From Desulfuromonadales bacterium (GTDB taxonomy: Bacteria > Desulfobacterota > Desulfuromonadia > Desulfuromonadales > JACZKF01): DNA of 64,000 nt. The position numbers and the translations under genes are program-made. The stretch lies in assembly GCA_041677125.1 (NCBI GenBank), contig JBAYQP010000006.1:30480-94479 (forward strand), written 5' to 3'. Shown here one piece after another: positions 30,170 through 41,600 of the stretch (its first letter is position 1; each line of letters begins with the position of its first letter). The notes below the pieces were generated by a model, which was given only the letters and a program-made list of their open reading frames with translations, was not told the DNA's origin and searched no databases.

Positions 30170-30727
30170 TCATCTCCCTTTTTCTTCCTGGCGCAATTCA
30201 TCGAATGCCTTCTCCGCGTTGCTGCGGACAAAGGTTTTCAGCGTCGGATCCATTTCCTGCATCTGTTCCAGCGTCGCCGCGAACCCTTCGAGGTCGAGCC
30301 GGGCCAGGGCGTAGATTGTGTTGTTTTCCGGATTTCTCCAGTGCTCGATCACCCGGGCGCCGCGCACCGACACCTGAGTGAGCGACTTGAGGTTGCCTTC
30401 GATGTGCTGCTCCTCCACCGTCTGGTTGCCCGTGGTCGCCGTGGTGGAGGCCTGGTAGTCGCGGAACAGGTTGGCGACATACGTTTCCAGTTGCCCGGCG
30501 ATATCGGCCCGCGCCCGCTGGTCGGCCGCCTGGACCGCCAGGGATGGGCTGGTGATGCCGGTCACCGCGCCGACGCCATAGAACACCCGGGCATCGTCGG
30601 CATCGAAGGCGCCGCTGCCACTGTTCACCCAGTCGGGCGCCCCGGCGACCAATTTATTTTTCCCCGAACAACCGGCCAGAAGGGCCGGGAGAAGCATAAC
30701 CAGCAAAAACCAACGAAATCCCCGCAT
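30170..30727 (-). CDS. LPP20-family lipoprotein (short form)
   Basis: Start reassigned to ATG 30727. Lipobox LLAGCSG and a PDWV....FYGVG....S...A...A..RA...I pattern typical of LPP20. Confidence 0.62.
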   Translation of the reverse strand: MRGFRWFLLVMLLPALLAGCSGKNKLVAGAPDWVNSGSGAFDADDARVFYGVGAVTGITSPSLAVQAADQRARADIAGQLETYVANLFRDYQASTTATTGNQTVEEQHIEGNLKSLTQVSVRGARVIEHWRNPENNTIYALARLDLEGFAATLEQMQEMDPTLKTFVRSNAEKAFDELRQEEKGR

Positions 30728-30841
30728 GACCGCGTTCTCCTTTCGTCCTTGAAAACCTGCGAAACGCGCAACTTTGTTTTTCATGTGAATTCCGAAATTG
30801 TAGCAGATTGCCCTATCGCGCACCAGCATCGGGCGAGCGAT

Positions 30842-31930
30842 TCAAGGCGCGCCGCGCCGTCCCCGCTGGCGTAGAAGCATGTCGATGAGAACCAGGGCGG
30901 CCATGGACTCGACAATCGGCACCGCCCGCGGCACGACGCAGGGGTCGTGGCGTCCCCTGGCGGCGAGGACAACTTCGTTGCCGTGCATATCGACCGTCCG
31001 CTGCGCCTTGCCGATCGTCGCCACCGGCTTGAAAGCCACCCGGAACAGGATCGGCTCGCCGTTGCTGATTCCGCCCTGAATGCCGCCGCTGTAATTGGTG
31101 ACCGTGCCAAGACGTTCGCCCTTGCGCACGAACGGATCGTTGTGCTGCGACCCGCGCATGCGCGCGCCGGCAAAGCCGGAACCGACCTCAAACCCTTTGC
31201 TGGCCGGCAGCGACAGCATCGCCTGGGCCAGTTTCGCCGTCAATTTCTCGAACACCGGCTCCCCCAGCCCGGCCGGCACTTGGCGACAGACACAGGATAT
31301 CACCCCGCCGACGGAGTCGTCGGCGGCGCGCGCCTGCATTACTTCCTCCTCCATAGCGGCCGCAGCGGCGGCATCGGGGCAGCGCACCGGGTTGGCGTCC
31401 ACCTGTTGCCGGGTCAGGGTGTCGCTGTCGATGGGCGGCGCATCGACCATCCCCACCGCACTGACCCAGGCAACGATGTCGAGGCCGAAGGTTTCCCGCA
31501 GGTATTTCTCGGCGATGGCTCCGGCGGCCACCCGGCCGATGGTTTCGCGGGCGCTGGCGCGACCGCCGCCGCTGGCGGCGCGCAGGCCGTACTTGAGTTG
31601 ATAGGTGAGGTCGGCATGCGAAGGGCGGGGGACCTCGCTCATTTCACCGTAATCGCCGGGACGCTGATCCTTGTTCGCCACCAGAAGACCGATCGGCGTC
31701 CCCAGGGTGCGCTCGAACTCGACGCCGGAAAGGATGGTGACCTGATCCGCCTCCTGGCGTTCGGTGGCCATCTTGCTCTGTCCCGGCCGCCGCCGGTCCA
31801 GCTGCTGCTGGATATCTTCCGGACACAGCCGCATCCCCGGCGGGCAGCCGTCGACAATGGCGCCGACCCCCTTGCAGTGCGATTCGCCGAAGGTGGTTAC
31901 CCGGAACAATGAGCCAAAGGTACTCGACAT
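30842..31930 (-). CDS. aroC: Chorismate synthase
   Basis: [16 protein letters not shown] and GGISNGEPI motifs; 362 aa. Confidence 0.96.
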   Translation of the reverse strand: MSSTFGSLFRVTTFGESHCKGVGAIVDGCPPGMRLCPEDIQQQLDRRRPGQSKMATERQEADQVTILSGVEFERTLGTPIGLLVANKDQRPGDYGEMSEVPRPSHADLTYQLKYGLRAASGGGRASARETIGRVAAGAIAEKYLRETFGLDIVAWVSAVGMVDAPPIDSDTLTRQQVDANPVRCPDAAAAAAMEEEVMQARAADDSVGGVISCVCRQVPAGLGEPVFEKLTAKLAQAMLSLPASKGFEVGSGFAGARMRGSQHNDPFVRKGERLGTVTNYSGGIQGGISNGEPILFRVAFKPVATIGKAQRTVDMHGNEVVLAARGRHDPCVVPRAVPIVESMAALVLIDMLLRQRGRRGAP

Positions 31931-32051
31931 GGTTGAAAACTCCAGAAAACAACAAAATAGCCGTACGGATTTTCGCCGAAGGGTAATGGAAAATCGGCGG
32001 GAGAGAAACCCGATTGTTTACTTGCGCCGCCCTCCGCCACCGCTTCGCGCC

Positions 32052-32840
32052 TCAGCGGTCCTCGAACAGCCGGCCGAAACCGCCAAGAACCGAACCTTCG
32101 CCGGTGGAGGCGCCGCCCTGGCGCGGGGCGTTGGCCAGGATGCGGTCGGCCAGGCGGCTGAAGGGCAGACTCTGCAACCAGACCTTGCCGTGGCCGCGCA
32201 GAGTCGCCAGAAAAAGCCCCTCGCCGCCGAAAAACATGCTCTTGAGATTGCCGGCGCGCTCGATATCGTATTGCACCGTCGGTTCGAAGGCGACCAGACA
32301 ACCGGTATCGACGCGCAGCGTCTCCCCTTTCAGCTGCCGCTCGACGATGGTGCCGCAGGCGTGAATGAAAACCATGCCGTCACCCCGCAGCCGCTGCAGA
32401 ATAAAACCTTCGCCGCCGAAAAAACCGACGCCGAGCTTGCGCTGGAAGGCGATGCCGATCTCGGTGCCGCAGGCGGCGCAGAGGAAGGATTCTTTCTGAC
32501 AGAGGATCTCGCCCCCCGATTTCCCCAGGTCAAGGGGTATGATCTTGCCGGGAAAAGGGGCGGCAAAGGCGACGTGCGCCTTGCCGCCGCCGCGATGGGT
32601 GAAGTGGGTCATGAACAGCGATTCGCCGGTGATTGCCCGCTTACCGGCGCTGAACAGCTTGCCGAGCATCCCTTGGTCCGGCTGCGAGCCGTCCCCCATG
32701 CGCGCCTCGAAGACGATCCCCTCTTCCATATAGTTCATGGCGCCGGCCTCGGCGACCACCGTCTCCCCCGGATCGAGTTCGACCATAACCATCTGCATGT
32801 CGTCGCCGACAATCCGGTAATCCACCGCATGGCACTTCAT
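32052..32840 (-). CDS. AIM24/TIGR00266-family protein (DUF124)
   Basis: Characteristic pattern: L.PGE...AE.GAM..M, GGEG.F...L.G.G.V.LQS.P, and a Gly-rich C-tail. Confidence 0.85.
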   Translation of the reverse strand: MKCHAVDYRIVGDDMQMVMVELDPGETVVAEAGAMNYMEEGIVFEARMGDGSQPDQGMLGKLFSAGKRAITGESLFMTHFTHRGGGKAHVAFAAPFPGKIIPLDLGKSGGEILCQKESFLCAACGTEIGIAFQRKLGVGFFGGEGFILQRLRGDGMVFIHACGTIVERQLKGETLRVDTGCLVAFEPTVQYDIERAGNLKSMFFGGEGLFLATLRGHGKVWLQSLPFSRLADRILANAPRQGGASTGEGSVLGGFGRLFEDR

Positions 32841-32910
32841 CTTGCCTCCTTCGCTGCTTCGTTGTCTGAACGATTGTTTAATTTGCCCCGATCTTCGTCT
32901 GAAAGCCGGG

Positions 32911-33330
32911 TTATTTGCAAGGGCCGAGGCGCCGGCCGCTGATCTGCTGGTTCATCGGCGCCTCCCCGTCGGCACTGCGCATGGTGGACGCAATGGCGCC
33001 GGCGAAGCTGTCCCCCTGGTAGGTGATCTTGCCTTCGCTGTGCATCGTGCCTTCCTCGGTCTTGCAATCCATCACCCAGGCGACCACGTTTCCCTTGCTG
33101 GTCATCTCCGTCATCGTGCATTCCTGATTCTTCTCCACCGGTTGCGGCACCAGGTTTTCCTTGGTGATGCAGGTGCGGTGCTTGATTGGCGGCAGCGCGA
33201 AAGGCATGCCCGGCATTTCCATCTTCACGGAGATCTCCCATTCCCCTTCCTGCATGTCCGGTTCGGCGAAGGCGGAAGGGACCAGAAGCAAACAGGCAAA
33301 AGCGACGAGAACAACGGCACGGCTCAACAT
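32911..33330 (-). CDS. DUF3617-like secreted/lipoprotein
   Basis: Start reassigned to ATG 33330. Signal peptide, then G.WE......M.GMP........CIT pattern with conserved Cys residues. Confidence 0.65.
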   Translation of the reverse strand: MLSRAVVLVAFACLLLVPSAFAEPDMQEGEWEISVKMEMPGMPFALPPIKHRTCITKENLVPQPVEKNQECTMTEMTSKGNVVAWVMDCKTEEGTMHSEGKITYQGDSFAGAIASTMRSADGEAPMNQQISGRRLGPCK

Positions 33331-33395
33331 AGGTCTACCTCCTGTGGTGGGGATGGCCGGTGACGGCAACTGCGGCGGCCGGCAGTTCAGGACGA

Positions 33396-35018
33396 TCATG
33401 GCGACGCGGCCAGCAATGGTCCACCGGCTTCTATCTGCTCGGGACGTAGAAAGGCGGTCGCATAATCGAGGTAAATTTTCTCCCGGATGAACAGGTCGAA
33501 CAGGTCAGCGTCGAGATGGCCGTCCCGGCACATCTGCTCCATGATCTTCAAGGCCTGGGTAAGGGTGTTTGGCCGCCGGTAGGGGCGGTCGGCGGCGGTC
33601 AGCGCTTCGAAAATATCGGCGATGGCGAGAATCCGCGCCTGCAACGACAGCTGGGCGCCGGTCAGGCCGCGGGGATAGCCGCTGCCGTCGATTTTTTCGT
33701 GGTGCCCGCCGGCGATGATCGGCACCCCCTTGAGGTCCTCGGGAAAGGGAAGGGTTTCGAGCATGCGGATGGTCGAGGTCGCGTGCGCTTCGATGATCTG
33801 CCGCTCCGCATCGGTGAGAGTGCCCCGGCTAATGGAGAGACAGCGCAGCTCGTCTTCGCTCAGCAGCGGCTTTTCTTCGCCGGAAAAATGCAGATGGACG
33901 GCGGCCAGTTCGCGCAGCCGCCGCAGATCGTCGTCGCCCATCGTTTCCCGCCCCTGATTGCAGCGGCGCAGAAATTCCCGATCCGCCGCCAGCGAGCGCA
34001 AACGCTCGGCCATGGCCGCCTCCGCGGCGACCGCCTCCTCCGGTTGGCCGCATGCGACCGCGCCAAGTTTCTTCTCCAGACAAACGATGCGTGCGTCACG
34101 GACAAGAATCTCGATGCGGGAATCGATCGCCTCAATGCGATCCCAGACCGATTCCAGCTTGGTGTGTTTGTCGATGAGGTGCTCCGGGGTGATCAATTTG
34201 CCGCAGTCGTGCAGCCAGGCCGCCATTTCCAGCTCGTAGCGCTTTTTCTCATCGAAGTGGGTCGTTGCAAAGGCTGCCGCCTGCGAGCGGTCGACGGCGT
34301 CGGCCAGCAGCATCGTCAGCACCGGCACCCGTCGGCAATGGCCACCGGTGTAGGGCGATTTTTCATCGATGGCGTTGGCGATCAGGTGGGTCAACGAGTC
34401 GAGGAGCTCTTTCAGGCCTTCCACCAGGCGTTTGCGGTTCAACGTCACCGCCGCCTGCGAAGCCAGGGAGGCGACAAGCCGCTCGTCCTCGGCCGAAAAG
34501 GGAACGATCTGGCCGGTGAGCGGGTCGATGGCGTTGATCAGCTGCAGCACGCCGGTCAGGCGCCCCTCGTGATCGGACATCGGCACCGACAGGAAGGAGC
34601 GGGAGGTGTAGCCGGAGCGGTTATCGAAGGCGCGGGTGCCGGAAAAATCGAAGCCGGTGGTGGCATAGACATCGGGAACATTGATGATGCGGTTTTCCAG
34701 GGCGGTGCGGGCGGCCACGGTGTGCAGATTGGGGTTTCCCCCGGCGTCATACAGGGGAATCGCCGGGAAAGTGACCGGCCGACCGCTGTTGCCGCCCATG
34801 GCGATCCCCAGCGAGGCGGTCTGGACGATCTCGAAACGCAGTTCACGCTTGTCGACCACCAGATACAGGGTGCCGCCGTCGGCCCGGGTGATCTCCCGGG
34901 CGCCGGCCAGGATCATCTCCAGCAACCGGTCGTGATCTTTTTCGGCGGAGAGCAGGATGCCGAGAACGTTGAGTTTTTCGATGCGGTCGAGAAGGCTTTC
35001 GGCCATCGGCTGCTGCAT
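33396..35018 (-). CDS. GAF domain-containing HD-GYP phosphodiesterase
   Basis: N-terminal GAF-like region and a C-terminal HD-GYP domain (HDCGK..., GGHHEKIDGSGYPRGL). Confidence 0.88.
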   Translation of the reverse strand: MQQPMAESLLDRIEKLNVLGILLSAEKDHDRLLEMILAGAREITRADGGTLYLVVDKRELRFEIVQTASLGIAMGGNSGRPVTFPAIPLYDAGGNPNLHTVAARTALENRIINVPDVYATTGFDFSGTRAFDNRSGYTSRSFLSVPMSDHEGRLTGVLQLINAIDPLTGQIVPFSAEDERLVASLASQAAVTLNRKRLVEGLKELLDSLTHLIANAIDEKSPYTGGHCRRVPVLTMLLADAVDRSQAAAFATTHFDEKKRYELEMAAWLHDCGKLITPEHLIDKHTKLESVWDRIEAIDSRIEILVRDARIVCLEKKLGAVACGQPEEAVAAEAAMAERLRSLAADREFLRRCNQGRETMGDDDLRRLRELAAVHLHFSGEEKPLLSEDELRCLSISRGTLTDAERQIIEAHATSTIRMLETLPFPEDLKGVPIIAGGHHEKIDGSGYPRGLTGAQLSLQARILAIADIFEALTAADRPYRRPNTLTQALKIMEQMCRDGHLDADLFDLFIREKIYLDYATAFLRPEQIEAGGPLLAASP

Positions 35019-35194
35019 GACAAGCCCTCCTTGCAGGGTTCGGTGCGGATTCGCCCCGAAACCAATTCAATGAAGATGCGGTTCTTACACTAGCAAAAAT
35101 CGTGGGGTAAGCATAGACCGATTTCAGAGGAGAAAGAGGGAAGCGGCCTTCATGGGAGGCCAGAGATCCGGGGTCGTTGCAGATCCGAAAAAGA

Positions 35195-35650
35195 TTACTG
35201 GATTTGGGAATCGGCGGGCGGCGAGCTTTGCCAGATGCGGGCGAGAATGGCGGTGAGACCGACGGCGATAAGGAGGCGCACTCCGAGCATGATCCAGCCG
35301 TTGGCGCCGAGGACGACGAAGATCAGGGTGTCTTCGACCACCGCATGACAGGTGGCGAGAAAAAGCCCCATGAGAAAGAGCTGGCGGCGGGGCAGTTTCT
35401 TCTCCTGCGCCACCCGGATGATGATGCCGGCGCCGTAGGCGATGCCGAGAAAGATGCCGGTGAACAGGGGAACGGCGGCGTCCCGGTCCAACCCCATGCC
35501 GCGCATGAGCGGATCGACGGCGCGGCCGGCGCGACGGAAAACGGGAAGGTAGCGCAGCACCTCGAACAAGGTCACCAGGGGGACGACGATCAGCAGCAGC
35601 TTGCCGGAGAGCAGGAGCGCGCCCCACAGGGCGGCGAGGAAGATCTCCAT
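35195..35650 (-). CDS. Nucleoside-recognition (Gate) domain membrane protein, second of a pair
   Basis: 151 aa polytopic membrane protein with a SpmB/FeoB-gate-like pattern. Its start shares 1 nt with the upstream stop (TGATG). Confidence 0.65.
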   Translation of the reverse strand: MEIFLAALWGALLLSGKLLLIVVPLVTLFEVLRYLPVFRRAGRAVDPLMRGMGLDRDAAVPLFTGIFLGIAYGAGIIIRVAQEKKLPRRQLFLMGLFLATCHAVVEDTLIFVVLGANGWIMLGVRLLIAVGLTAILARIWQSSPPADSQIQ

Positions 35651-36117
35651 CAGAAGCCTCCCAGACGGTGCGCCGCTTCGAGCAGCAATCCGGCGCCGCC
35701 GGCAATGGCCAATCGGCAGCCGCTGAGCAGCCCGCCGCGGGTTCCGGTGCTGCCGAGCACCGCTCCTTCGAGCAGCAGATTATGTGCGATCCCCATCATC
35801 AGCCCGCACTGGGTGAGCTGCCAGGGGGTGAGATCGAGGGGGGCGAGAACAGCCAGGGCGGCGTAGAGATTGAGCAGAAAGGCGGCGATAAAAGCGAAAG
35901 CCGCCTCGCCGGGCAGGCCGAACAGCCGCATCAGGGGGGAAAACCAGCCGCCGAGCACGTCGATGACCGGCGTATGTTTCAACAGATCGACGGCGATATA
36001 GATCGGAACGACGAATCTGATCAGTTTCCAGGAGGTCTGCAGACCGCTGAACAGGCCGGTGCGCAGACGTTCGGGGATGGCGGGGGCGGAGGATTCCATG
36101 GCGATCTTTCTCGGCAA
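35650..36117 (-). CDS. Nucleoside-recognition (Gate) domain membrane protein, first of a pair
   Basis: 155 aa polytopic membrane protein, SpmA-like, paired with the downstream gene. Confidence 0.65.
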   Translation of the reverse strand: MPRKIAMESSAPAIPERLRTGLFSGLQTSWKLIRFVVPIYIAVDLLKHTPVIDVLGGWFSPLMRLFGLPGEAAFAFIAAFLLNLYAALAVLAPLDLTPWQLTQCGLMMGIAHNLLLEGAVLGSTGTRGGLLSGCRLAIAGGAGLLLEAAHRLGGF

Positions 36118-36288
36118 CGCGCAGTTCGAAATGGACTGGCGATTATCGCAGATTTGCCGTGGAAATCCAGTCGCGAATGAGAAAACCGACCGTCCAGGGT
36201 TCGTTTATTCGTGGCTGCGCCGCCGAAGGATCGGACCGCCGCGCCGTACAGGATCAGCAGGAGGCCCCTTTCGGCCGCGCGCCCGAAT

Positions 36289-36852
36289 TCACTTGGCCTG
36301 GATCACGGTCTCGACCTTGGTCCCCCTGGTCACCGTATCGTACACCGGGGAGAATTTGCTCAGCGCCTTGAGCCGATCGAGATTTTCCGCATCGGTTTTC
36401 ACTTTGAAGGTGATCCGGATATTTTCGTAGCCCTGCCGCACATCCTCGGAAAGACCGAGAAATCCACGCAGGTCGATGTCCCCCTCGAGTTCGGCCTCAA
36501 GCTCTTCGATCCGGATGCCGCGCAACGCCGCGTGGTAAACCATGGTGTTGGTCATGCAGCCGGCCAGGCCCCGCAACAGAAACTCCACCGGGTTCGGACC
36601 GAGGTCCTTGCCCGCCAGCACCGGAGGTTCGTCGGCATCGAGGACGAAAGGTTCGTTGCGCACATGCTCCTGGTTGGCGCCGTAAAAGCCCTCGATCATC
36701 GCGCGGCTGTGGCCGCAATCGAGCCAGCGGTTCTTCACCCGGAACTTGAAACTGGCCAGTTCGGGCGTCTGTTCGATGGCCTTGATCGTGTCCTCCACAT
36801 AGGCCACATCCACTCCGTTGAGTTTTTTCTCTTCCGCCATGCTATTCACCAT
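36289..36852 (-). CDS. OsmC/Ohr-family peroxiredoxin-like protein
   Basis: OsmC-type pattern ([15 protein letters not shown]; second conserved region near the C-terminus). A start at 36852 or at the internal Met is possible. Confidence 0.8.
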   Translation of the reverse strand: MVNSMAEEKKLNGVDVAYVEDTIKAIEQTPELASFKFRVKNRWLDCGHSRAMIEGFYGANQEHVRNEPFVLDADEPPVLAGKDLGPNPVEFLLRGLAGCMTNTMVYHAALRGIRIEELEAELEGDIDLRGFLGLSEDVRQGYENIRITFKVKTDAENLDRLKALSKFSPVYDTVTRGTKVETVIQAK

Positions 36853-37023
36853 CTCCTTATTTCCCCGGGCAATTACGAACCATTTTTATCACCGTTCACG
36901 GCCCGGTCAAGTCAGTGGTTCTGGACAGAAATGAATTTTGCTGCTAAAGAATCCGGCAACAGAGCCGGCGGCGATTTTTGGACTGTCGGCATTTTTTTTA
37001 CTCTTCCACAAGGAGGCAGTAGC

Positions 37024-37599
37024 ATGAAAGTCGTGGCGTTCAGCGGCAGCGCCCGCAAGGACGGCAACACCGCCATTCTGGTGCGGGAAGTCTTCGCCGC
37101 CCTCGAAAACGAAGGGATCGAAACCGAACTGGTGCAGCTTGCCGGCGAGCGGTTGCGCGGTTGCATCGCCTGCGGCCGCTGTTGGCAGACCAAGGACGGC
37201 TCCTGCGCGATCAAGGATGACTGCATCAACGACTGCATCGGCAAAATGATCGAGGCCGACGGCATTCTTCTCGCCTCCCCCACCTACTTCGCCGACGTCA
37301 CCACCGAGATCAAGGCGCTGGTCGACCGCGCCGGCATGACCACCCGCGCCAGCGGCGACCTGCTGCGGCGCAAGGTCGGCGCGGCGGTCATCGCCGTGCG
37401 TCGCGGCGGCGCCATCCACGCCTTCGATTCACTGAACCACTTCTTTCTTATCAACCAGATGATCGTACCCGGCTCCAGCTACTGGAACATCGGGATCGGC
37501 CGGGAGATCGGCGAAGTGGAGAAGGACGAGGAAGGGATGCAGACGATGCGCGTCCTCGGCGAAAACATGGCCTGGCTACTGAAGAAAATCAACGGCTGA
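37024..37599 (+). CDS. Iron-sulfur flavoprotein / NADPH-dependent FMN reductase-like protein
   Basis: Only the last 191 codons of track ORF 36211-37599 look coding. Flavodoxin-like [16 protein letters not shown] motif and a compact CX2CX2CX7C motif ([15 protein letters not shown]). Confidence 0.85.
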   Translation: MKVVAFSGSARKDGNTAILVREVFAALENEGIETELVQLAGERLRGCIACGRCWQTKDGSCAIKDDCINDCIGKMIEADGILLASPTYFADVTTEIKALVDRAGMTTRASGDLLRRKVGAAVIAVRRGGAIHAFDSLNHFFLINQMIVPGSSYWNIGIGREIGEVEKDEEGMQTMRVLGENMAWLLKKING

Positions 37600-37753
37600 A
37601 AACCGGGCGCTGCGGCCGCCGGGGAGCGAGGCCGGCAATCCGCCATCCCTTTTGGATAGACAGGCAACTGCCTGCTTTGACCAACGTCAAGGAGGAAAGT
37701 TTTATTTTCGCTATGCTGCCGCCATTGCGATTCCCCCATTCCTGGAGATTGAC

Positions 37754-38470
37754 ATGTCCGAGTTGCTGCACGAGACCCGAGAATGCACACGGCTGCGGCG
37801 CCCAGCGGTCGGCGTCCCGTTTCTGGTTTTCCTCCTGCTCGCCCTCGCCTCCCCGGCCTTGAGCGCCCCGGCAATCTCCTGCCACTGTTTCCAGGACCGC
37901 AGCTTCGATCCCGCCGAACCGCACAAGGTGGAACCGTACCTGCTCGCCACCACCCGCAACTCCTTTCTCGCCGTCGCCTACGGCCGGAGCAAGAAGGAGA
38001 TCGTCCGCCTGCGCATGTCCGGCACCGCCGGCGAGGACCTCTGGGTCGCCTATTATCTGGCGGAGAAAACCGGCACGCCGGCGGCCGAATGGTTCGAGGC
38101 GCGCCGGCAGGCCGGTTCCTGGCTGTCGACGGTAACGGCGCGCGGAATCGGCCCTGAGCGGACTGGCGCCCTGTTCGGTCGTGCGCTGACCACCCGCGGC
38201 ACGGACCAGACCTTGGCCGTTGCCGCCGCCGACGAGACGCTCAGCGCCACCCTTCGGGTCTCGCCGGCGGATTTGCAAGGATTTCGGAAGAAGGGGGCGG
38301 ATACCGGGGAAATCATCCTCGCCCTGCTCCTCGCGCGGCGCCTCGACCGGCCAGGCGCCGAAATTTTCGCCGAGGTAAAGGGGAGCCTGACGACCTGGGG
38401 CGGGCTGGTCGACGCGGTGGGAATCCGCCCCGGAGAAATGGAAGCGGCGGTGCGTTCATTGCTCCGCTAG
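37754..38470 (+). CDS. Hypothetical secreted protein with N-terminal CHC motif
   Basis: Start set to ATG 37754. Signal peptide ..ASPALSA followed by PAISCHCFQDRSFDP. No family recognised. Confidence 0.5.
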   Translation: MSELLHETRECTRLRRPAVGVPFLVFLLLALASPALSAPAISCHCFQDRSFDPAEPHKVEPYLLATTRNSFLAVAYGRSKKEIVRLRMSGTAGEDLWVAYYLAEKTGTPAAEWFEARRQAGSWLSTVTARGIGPERTGALFGRALTTRGTDQTLAVAAADETLSATLRVSPADLQGFRKKGADTGEIILALLLARRLDRPGAEIFAEVKGSLTTWGGLVDAVGIRPGEMEAAVRSLLR

Positions 38471-38634
38471 GGGGGGAGTGGATCAGGCTTGGGTCATTCC
38501 CGGGGGGATTTTTCTCACAATTCGGCACTCAAGGCACGAGAGCGGCGGCAGCTCCTGCCGCGATGGCGCCTTTTACCAAAGCGGCGTCAAAGGATGTCGG
38601 CACCGGGCAAGCCGAAAGCCTGCGGAACGCTCGC

Positions 38635-41600
38635 CTACCTGAATTCGATCTTGTAGTACAGATCCACCGCGCTCTTCTCCCCGCCCACCGACGATTCGAG
38701 CTGCCAGTTTTCGCTCAGGTTGTAGCGCATGCGCACCTCGTTGCTGTTGGCGAAGAGGGACTGGCCGAAACTGATGTACAGATCGGGATTGAGGTACTTG
38801 CCGATGGTGATCTGCGAGCCCTCGCCTTCGTCGTCGCCGGCCTCGATCTCCAGCACGTCGAGGCCGAAGGTGCGCCGCAGGCGATCCTGAAGAACCGCCG
38901 ATTCTCCCTTGGACAGCAGGGTGTTGGCGGCAAGCATCAGCAGACCGGCGTCGCCGCCGCCTTCACCGCCGAGGGGACGGCCGAGAACGATGTAGGAGAG
39001 CACGTCGGTATCGGGCATCGCCGGCTCGGAGTAGAGTTCGACCTTCGGCGCGCGCGGGGTGCCGCTGACCTTGACGCCGGCCTGAACCTCGCCGACGGTG
39101 CGCGTCGCCTGGATGTCGAGGGTCGGGCGATCCACCGGCCCGCCGGCAAACAGGATATTGCCGCGGGTGATGTCGAGGGAGACGCCGTAGGTGGCGTATT
39201 TGCCCTGCGCCACCTTGATTTCCCCCTGGGCGGTCATCTGCTGCGGATCGAGACCGGTCATGTTCAGCACCAGCGCCCCCGCCAACCGGGCATCCACCCC
39301 TTCGGTATCGATCAGCACGTGCTCGCCGAGAACGATGCGCACCCGCACATCGAGGGCCAGCGGCAGCTCTTTTTTTTCACCTTCCTCTTTTTCCTCTTCC
39401 GCCGCCGCATCGACGAAGACGATGTCCGGACTTTGCCGGATCGGCGCGTCGGTTTCGCGGCCGCTGACCAGCAGCGAGGGGATGTGAATCTCGCCACGGA
39501 CCGTCAGCTTCTGCGTCGTTCCCGCCACCTGGAGATCGGGGCTGATCTGCATCCGCAGCTCCGGCAGGTAGATGGCGCGAAACTCCTTGCCGCGCAGCCG
39601 CAGCTCATATCCGGCCAGCCGCCATTGATCCAGGGACACGCTCCCCTCCCCTGCCACGACGCCGGGGCCGGAGCGCATCTGGAAGGAGTCGATGCGGATT
39701 TGCTGCCCGGCAAGCTGCGCCTTCACCTGGATGTCCTCGACCCGGATGCCGGCGGTCGGCAGGTAGGCGGCGGCATCGCGCAGATGCGCCTCGCCGCCGA
39801 AATCGGGCTGGTCCCAAGTCCCGTCCAGACGCAGGTCGAGGGCCAGTCGCCCCCGGCTCTCCTGCACCACGCCCGGCAGAATGGCGTTCAACAGGCCCTC
39901 CTCCTGCAAATCGCCTTGCAGACGAGCCCACACCGGCCCGTCGGCCTCGATGCCGGTGGGCCAGCGGGCGGCAAGCGGCAAACGAAAACGCCCTTCGGCC
40001 CGGCCGTAGTTTTCCAGGGCGAGCAGCAGGTCGCCCTGAAAGGATTCATCCTGCCAGGTCCAGTTGACCCGTGCTTGCCGCAGGGCGGCAGCAATCACCC
40101 CTTCGTACTGCTCCCATTGCAGCTCGCCTTCTGCTATTTCCGCCCTTCCACTCATCTGCAGGCGCTGGCCGGGGAGCCATTCGCCATTCAGCTGCCCGCC
40201 CAACTGGCCCTCCAGCAAAAAATCCTCGGGCAGCCAGGGGCGCAGCAGGGCCAGGTCGAGGCCGCGCCACTCGGCGCGCAGACTTCCCCGCTCCGGCATT
40301 TCGAGGCGGGCCGGCGCGGCGGCGGCGATGTTGGCGCTCAGGCCGCCCCGCCCGCCTGCCAAATCGAGCGTCCAGTCGGCCCGCACACCCTCCGCATCCC
40401 AGGCGAAATCGGTCTGCAACCGACGGATATCGAGAGTCTGTTCCTTCCAGACCACCTTGCCGGCCATGCCCGCTTGACCGTTGATCCGCAGGCGCTCCTG
40501 TTGCCAGCCGCCGGCCACCTCCCCCGAGCTGTTCCCGGTCAGCGCCACCTCGGGCAGCCAGGGGGACAACCCCGCCAGGTCGTCCAGCCGCCATTGGGCG
40601 GTGAAGTCGCCCTCTTCGGGCCACTCCAGGGTGGCCGGCCGGGAAGAGTGCACCGCCGCCGCAAGCGTCCCCATCGCCGCCAGATCGGCCTCAATCTCGG
40701 CTTGCAGCCCTTTGGCGCCCCAGACGAATTGGCTGGTCGCCCGCCGCAGCGGCAGCCGCTCCCCGGCGCGTTCGACGAGGCCGGCGATTTCCAGTTGTCC
40801 CTTGAGCTCGATACGGTTTTCCGGCAGCATTTCGAAGCGCGCCGCCCCGGAACTGCGGCCGGACAGGGTCGTATCGGGCAGCCAGGGATTGGCCCGGGCC
40901 AGGTTCAGTTGCCGCCACTCCCCCGCGACAACGCCGAGAAGCGGCGACAGGGCCAGATCGGCGCGCGCGGCGAGAAACTCCTCGCCCGGGCCGTTCAGGC
41001 GCAGGGGGGCGGTTTTGAGCCGCACGGCGGAGACCTCCAGGGCGACCGGTTCGGCCAGGCGCCAGACGCCGAAAAGATCGCCGCCGGTCTTCAGGGCCAG
41101 TAGCCGCCCTTGCCATGCGGCAGCGGCGTAACGGCCGCGCGCCGACGCTTCGAGTTGCACATCGGGACCGGTGGCGCGCAGCCGCAGGCGATGCTCCTCG
41201 GCCGACCCTTCGGCCTGCACGGCGGCGGTGGCCAACCGGTAATCGCTCCAGGCTGCCCCCCACAGGTCGGCGGCCACGGTAAACGGCGCGCCTTCTTTGG
41301 CGTGCCGCGCCTTGAGCGTCAGGCGATGCAGCCGCATCTCCCGCAGCGCGAGCGCTTCGCCGCTGGCGTCGAGTTCGCCGCTCAGGTGCGCGTCGCGCCA
41401 GCGCGCCCAGCCGGCGGCGCGCAGACTGCCTTGCGCGCCGGGGACGAGTCCGGCCAGCCGGGGGATTTCGGCGCGAAAATCGATCCTCTCCCGCAGCCGC
41501 CCGCCGGCGGTCACCGCGAAACCCTCGCCGTGCAGCGCCAACTCTTCGATATGCAGATCCTCGCCCCGCAGTCGCGCCTCGACGGCGCCGGTCAAATTGC

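Noticed and set aside
31961-31998. Two mutually exclusive short hairpins (GATTTTC/GAAAATC and GCCGA/TCGGC) in the aroC 5' region
   Set aside because: The stems are 5-7 bp and AU-rich, with no associated terminator or known motif, so they are within chance expectation.
36211-37023. N-terminal 271 codons of the 462-aa track ORF 36211-37599
   Set aside because: This part overlaps the well-supported OsmC gene on the opposite strand and is low complexity. The flavodoxin-like protein begins cleanly at ATG 37024.
38563-41103. 846-aa plus-strand ORF (and the 41110-42018 and 42106-43041 ORFs) opposite tamB
   Set aside because: These are antisense shadow ORFs typical of high-GC DNA. Their products are Arg/Gly/Ala/Pro/Gln-rich low complexity with no motifs, while the minus strand encodes a convincing TamB.
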